Source: a virus. Taken from it: 64,000 nucleotides of DNA. This document shows positions 8,188 to 18,516 of this stretch, in pieces. The notes below the pieces were generated by a model. The model was not told the origin of the DNA. It was given only the letters and a program-made list of their open reading frames with translations, and did not search any database. Position 1 is the first letter of the stretch. The number at the start of each line of letters is the position of its first letter. A program made the translations under genes and the position numbers. The DNA lies in IMG/VR virus record IMGVR_UViG_3300032046_005540, positions 104,268-168,267 of that record; one strand, 5' to 3'.

Positions 8188-9669
8188 TCAACGTTTTACC
8201 TCTTTTATTACCACCCTAAACAATGCCTCTGATTTATAAAGTCTTTTCCGCTTATTACTATGAGTCTTTAAATACTTATAAGGATCAAGAAAGTCAACCA
8301 CTATCGCTGAAGTCTTTTCTTCAGTTTCTGTTTTGTAAGGTGTTAAACACCTAAGACGCTGAAATACTTTGATAGCAGACTTCCCTCCAGCAGCAATTAC
8401 TACAACATCTAAATTTTGAACGTCAATCCCCTCATCGCCTAAAGTTGTAATCAAACATAACAACCTTTTATCTTTTAAATCCTGAAATGTTTTTATTCTA
8501 AAATCAGTTTCGTCATTACCTTGTAAAAATATAGAGCTAGGAATTAACTCTTGAAGAATTTCTCCATGCTTTATTTTACTAACTAATACCATTGAAGACT
8601 TTCCTCTTTCCATCAAATTCTTTACCACTCTACTTATAATGTTATTACGAAGGGTATTCTCCACAATACATTCTTTATAAATCGTCGTATAAGCCTTACT
8701 TGAAGGTCCAATGTTTTTAGGAAGTTTAATTAAATGTATAGTAGGAGCAACTAAAAACCCACCTTTGATCAAGTCAGAATAACTAATTTCATATATCAAA
8801 GGACCAACTAAACCTTCAATATATAAATCAGTATTATCCTCTCTAAATAAAGTTCCACTTCCACCGATTATATATTCTGCTTCTTTAATTTGGGTTAAAA
8901 CAAATCTGTAACTTGCTGCCGAACAATGATGTGACTCGTCCACCCAAACAAATTTCATCTCCTTAATTAACTTTTTTACATTTTCTTTTTCAGCAACTTT
9001 TGTAAGAGAAACCTCTTTCTTTTCTTTAGGTTCTAATGTATACTTTTTATCATAAGCAGAAATTGCAGATTGAATTGTTATAATCGTAACTCCGTCAAAT
9101 TTAATATCACATTGACCATCTCCAACTATTCCTACAGGAACTTGAGGCAGAAACTTTTGAAACTTTTCTTTCGTTTGATATGCAATATCAATACTTTGAC
9201 AAAAAATAACAAAAGGAAAGATATTCAATCGGGCACAAACCATAGTCATTAATACCGTCTTTCCACTTCTAATCCTTGCCCAAATTCTTCCTCTTTTATG
9301 TTTTAGGATAGCTTCAACTGCATCCTTTTGATAAGGCCTTTCTTCAACACCTACTAACTCAAGAAGCTCTCCTTTTGTATAAATAGGTCTAAAATCTTCT
9401 ATTTCATATGGAATAGAACTAGATTTTAAAACTTCTAAAACAATTGGTAGATGACCAGTTAAAAACTTACCAGAAGCTTTTGAAAACAAATGTTGTTGCC
9501 CATCCCATTGTTCTCGAACATATTTATTTTTTGAGGTAGCTTTTATAAAGAAACTATGTTGCACTTCATAAGCAAGTAAATTGTAGAGATCTTCAAAAAT
9601 TTCTTTGGAAGGACTGAGAGGAATAAGTTGGGAATACACTACACCTATCTTTACTTTGTAATTTTCCAT
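8188..9669 (-). CDS. SF2 DExH helicase (UvsW-like)
   Basis: RPYQ; RSGKT; DESHH; SGT; EGIDV; QRLR. Confidence 0.9.
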   Translation of the reverse strand: MENYKVKIGVVYSQLIPLSPSKEIFEDLYNLLAYEVQHSFFIKATSKNKYVREQWDGQQHLFSKASGKFLTGHLPIVLEVLKSSSIPYEIEDFRPIYTKGELLELVGVEERPYQKDAVEAILKHKRGRIWARIRSGKTVLMTMVCARLNIFPFVIFCQSIDIAYQTKEKFQKFLPQVPVGIVGDGQCDIKFDGVTIITIQSAISAYDKKYTLEPKEKKEVSLTKVAEKENVKKLIKEMKFVWVDESHHCSAASYRFVLTQIKEAEYIIGGSGTLFREDNTDLYIEGLVGPLIYEISYSDLIKGGFLVAPTIHLIKLPKNIGPSSKAYTTIYKECIVENTLRNNIISRVVKNLMERGKSSMVLVSKIKHGEILQELIPSSIFLQGNDETDFRIKTFQDLKDKRLLCLITTLGDEGIDVQNLDVVVIAAGGKSAIKVFQRLRCLTPYKTETEEKTSAIVVDFLDPYKYLKTHSNKRKRLYKSEALFRVVIKEVKR

Positions 9670-9674
9670 TTTAC

Positions 9675-9896
9675 TTAGACTTTTTCTACACCTTCTATAC
9701 TTTTAATAGAGTCTTTATAATACAAAACAGTTCTTTCTTTAATATAAGAATCCTTACTTGGTATAAACTTCATACCAATAGAATCTAAGTCATTCCAAAC
9801 AAGAATTCCAAAAAATAACTCTCCATTTTCATTTTTAAAAGTAACTTTTACTTTACTATTTATAAGAGAATCCAAAAATTCTTTACTATTCATCAT
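9675..9896 (-). CDS. Sm/Hfq-like protein
   Basis: FLDSLINSKVKVTFKNENGELFFGILVWND...VLYYKDSIKSI aligns by eye with Hfq Sm1 and Sm2 (YKHAISTI). Confidence 0.6.
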   Translation of the reverse strand: MMNSKEFLDSLINSKVKVTFKNENGELFFGILVWNDLDSIGMKFIPSKDSYIKERTVLYYKDSIKSIEGVEKV

Positions 9897-10170
9897 ACAC
9901 CGCCTTTCTCATAGTATCTATATCATTTTGTGGAAATTCTTCACTTGTAAGATAAATAACACCAATAGGTGTTTCTACTAATACTTTCAAAAGAAGCCCT
10001 CGATAACTTGTACAATTTGTAAAATCAACCAAAGAACATTTCTCTTTTAAAATTTTTTGTAATTCCTCTAATGTATCCGGATGTAAATAAAGGTATTTAG
10101 GCCTTTCTCCAGTCGCTTCAATAAACTTTTCTATTGCTTCCTCTAATTTATCTAACATATAAGTATCCAT
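9886..10170 (-). CDS. Hypothetical protein
   Basis: ORF track; AAGGAG RBS. Confidence 0.65.
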   Translation of the reverse strand: MDTYMLDKLEEAIEKFIEATGERPKYLYLHPDTLEELQKILKEKCSLVDFTNCTSYRGLLLKVLVETPIGVIYLTSEEFPQNDIDTMRKAVYDE

Positions 10171-10348
10171 TTTTCTCCTTTACTTAAAATACAATCGCTA
10201 AACAAAACATTAACTTTATTTCTTTTCTTCTTTTGGATATAATCCTTTTTCTCGAAGGCGCTGTAATAAGTTTTCAAATGGTCTATAAGTATGGCCTTGT
10301 AGTCTTTTTTCTTTCTTTTCAAACCTTTTATCTTTATTCATTTCTTAC

Positions 10349-11119
10349 TCACTTTATTTCTTTAAGATGATTAAACATAGATTGAGGAATCGATAAGTAA
10401 ACACCATCTACAATATTTTTAACAACATCAATAACCTTATTTGCTTGCAGTAAAGTATAAGTTGTAAAATCTTTATCCGAAATCTCTTTAAATGTATTTA
10501 AATAATCTTCAGGAATAACAACACCAGGAATTTTTGATAAATTATCTAAATGATTTTTAGATTTTGGAATCATTATACCTAATAACACAGGTAAATTATA
10601 TGGTTCTATTTCTTTTAAAAATTTTAATGCTTGACTTATAGTAAATACAGGTTGCGTTTGAAGGTAATCAGCACCAGCATCTATTTTACTTTGTAAATAT
10701 TTGTGATCTATATTATTCGGATCTACGGCAACACCAACCAAAATATTATAAGACTTTACTAACTTAATTACATCAACTATACACGCCCCACTCCAAAATC
10801 CTTTACTATGAGGATCCCCAGATAAAACAAGTATTATATTTACACCAATTGATGCTGCCTGAAGCATATCAGATCTTATTATAACTTCAGATCTCCCAGA
10901 AAGAGGATAATGAACAATTACTTTAAAGCCTTCGGATATCAAATATTGTGCAGTATAAAGAGCTGGTAATTTAGGTTTTCCCATTGGATTAGAAACAACA
11001 CTAATAGTATCAATACCTACTTCTTTAAGTATTTTAATATGTTGAGATAGTTCTTTTAAATTTCCACTACCCGGAGGAATAATTTCAACAACTTTTGTAA
11101 AATTTGAAAACAATTTCAT
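10349..11119 (-). CDS. metF: Methylenetetrahydrofolate reductase-like flavoprotein
   Basis: VEIIPP; LVLSGDP; KIDAGADYLQTQPVF; PVLLGIM; IPGVVIPE. Confidence 0.85.
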   Translation of the reverse strand: MKLFSNFTKVVEIIPPGSGNLKELSQHIKILKEVGIDTISVVSNPMGKPKLPALYTAQYLISEGFKVIVHYPLSGRSEVIIRSDMLQAASIGVNIILVLSGDPHSKGFWSGACIVDVIKLVKSYNILVGVAVDPNNIDHKYLQSKIDAGADYLQTQPVFTISQALKFLKEIEPYNLPVLLGIMIPKSKNHLDNLSKIPGVVIPEDYLNTFKEISDKDFTTYTLLQANKVIDVVKNIVDGVYLSIPQSMFNHLKEIK

Positions 11120-12105
11120 ATTTGCCTCATTACTTCTAAATATTGGTTAACTCTAGTGGTAATTGTATGATTTTTCATTACTTCTTCCTGACCACATTTT
11201 GCTATTTGTTCTCTTTCATCGTCATGTTCTAAATAATATATAACTTTAAATTTTAAATCTTCAATTGTTCCATCATAAGTTACTAAATGTTTCCCAGGAA
11301 TAAAAAACTTTTCAAGATTATCCATAGGAGGACAAATGAAAAAACATCCACAACCCATTGCTTTAAAAATTCTATCCGAAATTTTCCAACCCATATTATC
11401 TTTTATTACATGAAGAGTATCAAATGTTATTTTAGATTGCCTATAAACATTAGTCATTTCAGAACCATAAAGACATTGGTCGGAAGAATTTTCAGATATA
11501 TTTCCAATAACCTTAACTTTACAAAAATCTTTTAAAGTATTAATACATTCCTCTCTCCTAAAAATGTTACGGCCTCTTTGCGAATTGCCTATAAAACAAA
11601 TGTCATAAATTTCATAATTAGTATCTAACCTTTCAATTAAAGGTTTATAATATGTTTGATCATAATATTGGGGCAAAAACACTGCATTTTTTGCATAATC
11701 TTTTAATATTTCTGCCATTCCTTCAACTGATGTTATAATTAAATCAAATACTCCTTTATATCTACCCCAATATCCTAAATCATTTTTTGGTTTATAAGCA
11801 TCAGCATTCCATAAAACTAACTTAAATCCCAATTGTGATATTTTTTCAAAAAACTCTCTTGGTTCAACTCCTGCTCCAGTTACAAATACATAATCTGGAT
11901 TAAATAATTTTACTGATTCAACCATATGAGTTTCATAGTTATATTTGGCAGTACCAGGAGGCAAAGGATGTTCATAGGGTAAACATCTTTCTGGCTCAAT
12001 TAAACATTTAACTAAAACTTCATAGCCCAAATCTTTCATTTCCCGAGCAATCAAAAGACCATTTTGATAAGGCAAATTACAATAAACAAATGTTACTATT
12101 TTCAA
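11116..12105 (-). CDS. CgeB-like glycosyltransferase (GT-B)
   Basis: ICFIGN; SDRIFKAMGCG; YYLEHDDEREQIA...HT. Confidence 0.85.
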   Translation of the reverse strand: MKIVTFVYCNLPYQNGLLIAREMKDLGYEVLVKCLIEPERCLPYEHPLPPGTAKYNYETHMVESVKLFNPDYVFVTGAGVEPREFFEKISQLGFKLVLWNADAYKPKNDLGYWGRYKGVFDLIITSVEGMAEILKDYAKNAVFLPQYYDQTYYKPLIERLDTNYEIYDICFIGNSQRGRNIFRREECINTLKDFCKVKVIGNISENSSDQCLYGSEMTNVYRQSKITFDTLHVIKDNMGWKISDRIFKAMGCGCFFICPPMDNLEKFFIPGKHLVTYDGTIEDLKFKVIYYLEHDDEREQIAKCGQEEVMKNHTITTRVNQYLEVMRQI

Positions 12106-13127
12106 AAATCACCCCCATCAATCACTTTTTGAAAAACATCTAAATACTGGGATTTTAAAACATTCCAAGAAAATTTATTCTCAATAATTTCTCTATTCCT
12201 TTTAGATACTTCTTTTAAATCAATGTTCATTACAAAATTTATCTTAAAAACGAAATCATCTAAATCTGGTTCATAAACAACCTTTTCTTCACCAAAATGT
12301 GAATTATTTTTAACTTTTATAAGAAATTTTTTATCTTCAACAACTTCATTCATTGGAGGAGCATCAGTTGTTATAACAGGAAAACCACAAGCCATTGCTT
12401 CATATATAGGAAGGCCATTTCCTTCAAAATGTGATGGTGCTAAATAAATATCTCCTTCTTTATAAAGATCCATTATTTCAGGTTTTTCACCTACTCTTAA
12501 ATCAACACCCTCAAGGCAGCCATATTTTTCAAGAGGAACTTGAGAATTTATAATTAACTTCACCTTCTCTTTATCTAACTTTTGAAAAGCTCTTAAAACT
12601 AAATCAGTACCTTTTCTTTTAAAATCTACATAACCAGCATTATGTAATAATACTTTGTTTTCCCCTCTTTGAATAAATTTAAAATAATCTGTATCAATAG
12701 GATAAGGTAAATAATAACATTTCCATCCTTTAGATTTTATTATATTATAACTCCACTTATTAACACAAAGCCACAAATCTACAAAATCTTTATACTTTTC
12801 AAGAATAGGTGTTCTTACACTATCTAACATAGGAATATAAACAATTTTAATTCCTTTTTCTTTTAAAATTTTTAAATAATCCCAACAAAAAGGATATTCT
12901 ATTATCAAAACAACATCTAAACCAAAATTTATAAATTTTTCTAAAGCTTCTTTACTCAGATTTTCTTTTGAAGTTATTACAAAACTACATCTTAAATCAT
13001 TTAAATTAGTGCCTTTTGCTTCCCATCTTATAACAAGTTGACTATTAATTTCAAGATGTTTCCTAAAAAATTTTAACATTACTCCTAAACCAGAGTTATT
13101 AGCATATCCTATTGTGCCTATTCTCAT
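12102..13127 (-). CDS. GT4-like glycosyltransferase
   Basis: RKG; PSHFEGNGLPIYEAMACGFPVITTD (Ex7E motif). Confidence 0.9.
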   Translation of the reverse strand: MRIGTIGYANNSGLGVMLKFFRKHLEINSQLVIRWEAKGTNLNDLRCSFVITSKENLSKEALEKFINFGLDVVLIIEYPFCWDYLKILKEKGIKIVYIPMLDSVRTPILEKYKDFVDLWLCVNKWSYNIIKSKGWKCYYLPYPIDTDYFKFIQRGENKVLLHNAGYVDFKRKGTDLVLRAFQKLDKEKVKLIINSQVPLEKYGCLEGVDLRVGEKPEIMDLYKEGDIYLAPSHFEGNGLPIYEAMACGFPVITTDAPPMNEVVEDKKFLIKVKNNSHFGEEKVVYEPDLDDFVFKINFVMNIDLKEVSKRNREIIENKFSWNVLKSQYLDVFQKVIDGGDF

Positions 13128-14080
13128 AATTTTAGTTTTTTCTTAATAATTGAAAGGTATCTACCAACACTTTTATCAATAGTATATTTATCAAAAATTT
13201 CTTTTTGCCCTTTTAATGCTATCTTTTCTCTCGCATCTTCGTGTTTTAAATAATAATCAATTTTCTCTAACATTTCTTCTTTAGTATGAAAAACATCAAG
13301 ATGTTTTTTAAGAATAAAAAGCTCTTCAATTCCTGGAATATATTCAGTTAAAAGAAAACATCCACATCCCATAACCTGATACATTCTAACAGAAAATTGT
13401 AGGTTGTAATTTAATTCTCCTCCAGAAATCATATTCAAACCTATTTTAGATTTCTTATAACAATCTGCTATAAATTTTCCATCATAATTAATAACACTTC
13501 CTAAAGAACTAAATCCCCATCCAACAATTATTGTTCTATATCCCTTTTTAACTATTTCTTTAAGGTATTCTTCTCTTTGTAGAGAACAAGGCGTTTTATT
13601 ACCTACAAAAATAACATCATCTGCTTTTGCTAAAATATTATCTGATTTATAATAAGTATGATCAAAAAAATGAGGACTCCAAACAACTTTATCTGTATAA
13701 GGTTTTGCAATCTCAATATGCCCTTTCATTGTAGTTATAAATAAATCAATAATATCAAACGCTTCTAAAAATAAATGTTTTGAATTTTTTTGATTAAGCC
13801 AATAAGCATCTGGATGCCATATTACAATTTTTGCTCCCAAACTTTTTAAACATTTAATAATATCAAAGCCTCGATTTATTCCTCCAGTCTGAAATACAAA
13901 ATCAGGTTTAAATTCTAAATAAAGAATTCTAATTTGTTCTGCTGATTGATCAAAAAATCCAATAACAATTTCATGCCCTTGTCTTTTTAACTCTTCTACA
14001 ATTCTAATACCATCCTGATATTCATTCAAACCATTGCAAGTTTTAAAAGGAAACCTTTTTACAATCACTAATATCTTCAT
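13124..14080 (-). CDS. CgeB-like glycosyltransferase
   Basis: VIFVGN; SKIGLN; RMYQVMGCGCFLLTE; YYLKHEDAREKIA. Confidence 0.85.
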   Translation of the reverse strand: MKILVIVKRFPFKTCNGLNEYQDGIRIVEELKRQGHEIVIGFFDQSAEQIRILYLEFKPDFVFQTGGINRGFDIIKCLKSLGAKIVIWHPDAYWLNQKNSKHLFLEAFDIIDLFITTMKGHIEIAKPYTDKVVWSPHFFDHTYYKSDNILAKADDVIFVGNKTPCSLQREEYLKEIVKKGYRTIIVGWGFSSLGSVINYDGKFIADCYKKSKIGLNMISGGELNYNLQFSVRMYQVMGCGCFLLTEYIPGIEELFILKKHLDVFHTKEEMLEKIDYYLKHEDAREKIALKGQKEIFDKYTIDKSVGRYLSIIKKKLKL

Positions 14081-15018
14081 AAATATACTCTCTTTTTAAT
14101 TACATCTAAATATTGATTTACACGGGCATCAATGTCATGTTTTTCCATTACCTCTTGATATCCTTGTATAGCTATTTTTTCTCTAATCTTTGGATGTTCC
14201 AAATAATAATCAATTTTTTCTATCATTTCTTCTTTAGTATGGAAAACATCGAGGTGAACTCCAGGAATAAACATTGTTTCAATATTAGGAATGTATTCAG
14301 TTAAAAGGAAACATCCACTTCCCATAACTTGATACACTCTAACTGAAAATTGTAAATCACAATTAAATATACCTCCAGAAACTATATTTAATCCTATTTT
14401 AGAACTTTTATATGCTTTCGCAATATGCTCTCCATTCCAATCTGCTTTAGTTTCTTCATCATTAATAGTAAAACCATGCCCGACAACTTTTAACTTATAC
14501 TTTTTCTCAAGCTCTTTTAAATATTCTTCTCTTTGAGGAGATGCTTCAGTTTTTCCTCCAATAAAACAAATGCCATTTTCTTGCTTAATATTCTTATTTG
14601 TTTTAAAAAAAGTTGAATCAAAATAGTGAGGAGCCCAAACTACCTTATCAGTATAAGATTTTGAAACTTCAACATGACCTCTCATTGTAACTAAAAACAA
14701 ATCAAACACGTTAAAAGCATCTAAAAAATAAGATCTGGAAGGTTCTCTAAATAACCAATAAGCATCAGGATACCACATTACTAATTTTGCACCTAAATCT
14801 TTTAAACTATTTTGAACTCCAAGGTTACCTTTTGAATGTCCCATTCCTGTTTGAAATACAAAATCAGGCTGAAATTTTCTATATCTTGATATATAATCTT
14901 CTATTGATTTTCCAAAAGAAGCAGTATGAGTTTCATGACCCAATCGAGATAACGACTCTTGTATTCGTATTCCATCAGAAAAAGAATTTTTAGTTTCTAT
15001 GATTAACATTATTTTCAT
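14077..15018 (-). CDS. CgeB-like glycosyltransferase, tandem paralogue of 13124..14080
   Basis: Likely start MKIMLII; shares FVFQTG, WxPDAYWL, QFSVRxYQVMG. Confidence 0.85.
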   Translation of the reverse strand: MKIMLIIETKNSFSDGIRIQESLSRLGHETHTASFGKSIEDYISRYRKFQPDFVFQTGMGHSKGNLGVQNSLKDLGAKLVMWYPDAYWLFREPSRSYFLDAFNVFDLFLVTMRGHVEVSKSYTDKVVWAPHYFDSTFFKTNKNIKQENGICFIGGKTEASPQREEYLKELEKKYKLKVVGHGFTINDEETKADWNGEHIAKAYKSSKIGLNIVSGGIFNCDLQFSVRVYQVMGSGCFLLTEYIPNIETMFIPGVHLDVFHTKEEMIEKIDYYLEHPKIREKIAIQGYQEVMEKHDIDARVNQYLDVIKKRVYL

Positions 15019-15020
15019 AT

Positions 15021-15767
15021 TTACATACCTTCTACAAAAGGATCTACATCTCTCCATAAGAGTAAAATACATGGCCAATCTTTAGTTTTATTCATTAATT
15101 GTTTACTAGATCTTAAATCAATTATACCATCCTTACATATTCTACCATATGAAAAACCTAATTTTTCAACTAAATTAAAAAATTGTAATTCAGTAAAACC
15201 AGCTAATTCGTAATGACGATTACTGAGTTCACACACCATTACTAATTTAGAACTGCGATTAATAAGATTTTGAAGTCCTTCAATTACCCCAACCTCAGCA
15301 CCATCTACAACAATTTTAATAAAATCTGCTTTCTCAACATTTTGTAAAATATCATCTCCAACAGCTACTTCTAAATCTAATTCTTTTTTATTTTTATAAT
15401 AAGAAACTCCAGTCTTATTATGTAATCCAAAATTAAAAGGTTTAATATTTTTATATAATTCTGAATTCTTTACAAGAACCTCATAAGTACCGAAAAATGG
15501 TTCAAAAGCATAAATAATTCCTGTTTCTCCTATTTTTTGAGAAGCCATTACAGAATATATTCCTACATTTGCACCAACATCAATACAAGTCATTCCTGGT
15601 TTTAAATATTTACCTACAACATCAAGTTTTTCATTTTCATAAGTACCTAACTTAATACATTTGCTAACAAAATAATCACTACCCACTCTAACTTTTTCAT
15701 CTTTTTTGGCTTCATCATCTTTATCAAGAAGCCACATTTTTCCTACAAAAGTATCAACTAATTCCAT
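15021..15767 (-). CDS. FkbM-family methyltransferase
   Basis: IDVGANVGIYS; YAFEP; FIKIVVDGAE (variant of KIDVEGAE); likely start MELVDTF. Confidence 0.85.
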   Translation of the reverse strand: MELVDTFVGKMWLLDKDDEAKKDEKVRVGSDYFVSKCIKLGTYENEKLDVVGKYLKPGMTCIDVGANVGIYSVMASQKIGETGIIYAFEPFFGTYEVLVKNSELYKNIKPFNFGLHNKTGVSYYKNKKELDLEVAVGDDILQNVEKADFIKIVVDGAEVGVIEGLQNLINRSSKLVMVCELSNRHYELAGFTELQFFNLVEKLGFSYGRICKDGIIDLRSSKQLMNKTKDWPCILLLWRDVDPFVEGM

Positions 15768-15778
15768 TATTATTCTCC

Positions 15779-16519
15779 TTACGGTTTTTGTAAAACTACT
15801 CCTACAGGCATGCATCTCGACACATACATTGGATATGTTTTACAAAATTTTGAAAAAAGAGTATCAAAATTATCAAAATTATCTTTATCATTTAATAATT
15901 TTAAACCAGTATCTTCAATTAATTCTTTAATTTTGTCTGGAGTATAACATGTAATAATTGGATCCGCAGGACTTCCATACCATGTCTTAAACTCTTTGTA
16001 AGCTTCTAAAGTAAAAACAATTCTACCCCCAGGTTTTAAAATTCTATCTAATTCTTTAAATATAATTTTTGCATCTTCTATTGGATTATGCTCTAAAGAA
16101 CTACAAGAAACAATATGATCAAAAAAATTACTTTCAAAATTTGTACATTTTAAATTTTGACAAGAAAATCTCAGGTCTACATCAAATTGTTTTTCTTTTT
16201 CTTTTGACCACTCTTCAATATGACTACCTCTTCTATCTACAGTATATAATTCATAACGTTTTGCTAAAAAAATTTGAAAAACTCCTCTACCACATCCAGC
16301 ATCCAAAATTTTATCTTTTGGAAGAAATGCAGCCTCTGGTATTGCTTTTACTGGAAGATGCCAGTATATCCAAGGATAGTCTAACATATATTGGCTTATA
16401 GCAAGGCTTTCTTCAGCTTCTTTAATGCTATGGCTTGTTCTACATATTTCAATCAATTCCTCATTTACTCTTTGATATTCAAATGTATTTTTCAAATCAA
16501 TATCTAATAATTCTATCAT
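15779..16519 (-). CDS. Class I SAM methyltransferase
   Basis: ILDAGCGRG; FDHIVSCSSLEH; RILKPGG. Confidence 0.9.
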   Translation of the reverse strand: MIELLDIDLKNTFEYQRVNEELIEICRTSHSIKEAEESLAISQYMLDYPWIYWHLPVKAIPEAAFLPKDKILDAGCGRGVFQIFLAKRYELYTVDRRGSHIEEWSKEKEKQFDVDLRFSCQNLKCTNFESNFFDHIVSCSSLEHNPIEDAKIIFKELDRILKPGGRIVFTLEAYKEFKTWYGSPADPIITCYTPDKIKELIEDTGLKLLNDKDNFDNFDTLFSKFCKTYPMYVSRCMPVGVVLQKP

Positions 16520-16536
16520 TATTTTACTCCTCTTAT

Positions 16537-17259
16537 TTATTTTGTTTTTGAAAAAATTACTCCTAAAGGAATAAATTCCCTACTTTTACATACCGAATAT
16601 TCATTAAATATATCTACAATAATTTCTTCAATTTGATTAAAATTATTACCAGAATTAAACAAATATAAATTTGTATTTTCAATTAATTCTTTTATTTCTT
16701 TTTCAGTATAACAAGTTATAATAGGATCTCTAACAGATGGATAAATAACTTTAAATTTTTTCCAAGCAACCAAAGTAAAAATAATTAATCCCCCAGGCTT
16801 CAAAATTCTATCCATTTCTTTAAATATTAATTTAACATCCTCAAAAGAATTATGTTCTAATGAACTACATGAAACTATATAATCAAAAAAATTATCTTCA
16901 TAATTAGTATTTTTTAAATTTTCTTCTTTAAAATTAATTTTTATATTAAATTGTTTTTCTCTTTTTACTATCCAAGAATTATAGATTTCTTTTCTCTTAT
17001 CACAATTATAAACTTCTGCTCCTTCCAAAGCTAAATATAATTGAAGCGTTCCTATTCCTCCTCCAGCATCCAAAATTCTCTTTCCTGAAATTTCTGGTAA
17101 ATGAATTATAATCCAAGGATAATCAAGCATATATGATGATATTGCTAATCCTTTTTTACCTTGCAATTTAGTTACTTGTGTATAAATATTAAGTAATTTT
17201 TTACTTATTTCTTGATATTCTTTTCTATTTTTAATGTTAGAGTTTAATAACTCAATCAT
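16537..17259 (-). CDS. Class I SAM methyltransferase, tandem paralogue of 15779..16519
   Basis: ILDAGGGIG; shares YMLDYPWI, SCSSLEHN, DPIITCYT. Confidence 0.9.
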   Translation of the reverse strand: MIELLNSNIKNRKEYQEISKKLLNIYTQVTKLQGKKGLAISSYMLDYPWIIIHLPEISGKRILDAGGGIGTLQLYLALEGAEVYNCDKRKEIYNSWIVKREKQFNIKINFKEENLKNTNYEDNFFDYIVSCSSLEHNSFEDVKLIFKEMDRILKPGGLIIFTLVAWKKFKVIYPSVRDPIITCYTEKEIKELIENTNLYLFNSGNNFNQIEEIIVDIFNEYSVCKSREFIPLGVIFSKTK

Positions 17260-18503
17260 TATTCTCCTCCATATACTTTATTTACAATTTCAATCAAATT
17301 TTCCGAAACATAATCAATTTCAGACATTGTTATTTCTGTTGCAGTAGGGATATAAAATCCTGTTTCCATATATTCTTCAGCTTTTGGATATCTTTGTCCT
17401 TTAAATTTTTCATAATAAACTGGCTGAAGATGCATTGGAACAAAAAAAGGTCTTGTTTGAATTCCTTTATCCGCTAACATCTTTCTTACTAAATTTTTCT
17501 TTCTACCATCTCTAGGAGATAAAATCACCTCAAACATCCAACAAACTGGACATACATCTGACTCTGGAGGATAGTTTGGTATTACTATGTGCTTTTCTCC
17601 TTGAAAATTTCTAATATATGAATTCCTTGTTATCTTCCTTCTCTCTATTATTTCATCTAATCTTACTAATTGAGCCCTTCCCAAAGCTGCCTGAAGAGCA
17701 GTTAATCTATAATTAAATCCAACAAGTCTATGATAATAATGTCTTTCAGAACCAAAAGCATGATTTATTAAAGTTCTAACACGATTAGCAACATCAGCAT
17801 CATTTGTTGTAATCATTCCTCCTTCCCCGCATGAGACTAATTTCGATGCGTGTAAAGAATATGCAGCAATATCTCCTATTCCTCCAACTATCTTACCTTT
17901 ATAAGATGCGCAATGACCTTCAGCAGCATCTTCAACTACAAGGAGATTATAGTTATTTGCAATTTCTAAGATTTTTTCCATCTTACAAGGATACCCAGAA
18001 ATATGAACTGGAATAATTGCTTTTGTTTTTTTAGTAACTTTATTTTCAATTTTATTCACATCAATATTTAAATGTTCATCAGCATCTACTAAAACTGGAG
18101 TAGCTCCACAATAAATTACTGTTGCAATAGTAGCTATAAAAGTATAAGCTGGAATAATAACTTCATCTCCAAGTCCTATACCAAAAGTTGTTAATGCTAA
18201 ATGTAAAGCGCTAGTTCCATTAGAACAAGCTACTGCATAATTAACGTCCATCTTATCAGCAAATTCTTTTTCAAACTTTTTCACTTCTGGCCCTATGGAA
18301 GAAATCCATCCAGACTCTACTACATCATAAATGTATTTCTTTTCCAAACTACCAATAAAAGGTTCACAAACATAAATTTTAGCTTTCCCCATTGGTCTTT
18401 TATCTTTCAAAATTTCTTTAACTTCAGGTTCAATATCTGGAAAAACTAATCCAAGTTCTTTTTCAAATTCCATAGAAGCTTTTTCAGGCAATTTTAAAAG
18501 CAT
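17259..18503 (-). CDS. DegT/DnrJ/EryC1/StrS nucleotide-sugar aminotransferase (perosamine synthase-like)
   Basis: SNGTSALHLAL; EDAAE; SKLVSCGEGGM (PLP lysine); GFNYRL. Confidence 0.92.
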   Translation of the reverse strand: MLLKLPEKASMEFEKELGLVFPDIEPEVKEILKDKRPMGKAKIYVCEPFIGSLEKKYIYDVVESGWISSIGPEVKKFEKEFADKMDVNYAVACSNGTSALHLALTTFGIGLGDEVIIPAYTFIATIATVIYCGATPVLVDADEHLNIDVNKIENKVTKKTKAIIPVHISGYPCKMEKILEIANNYNLLVVEDAAEGHCASYKGKIVGGIGDIAAYSLHASKLVSCGEGGMITTNDADVANRVRTLINHAFGSERHYYHRLVGFNYRLTALQAALGRAQLVRLDEIIERRKITRNSYIRNFQGEKHIVIPNYPPESDVCPVCWMFEVILSPRDGRKKNLVRKMLADKGIQTRPFFVPMHLQPVYYEKFKGQRYPKAEEYMETGFYIPTATEITMSEIDYVSENLIEIVNKVYGGE

Positions 18504-18516
18504 TTTTTCTTTCCTT

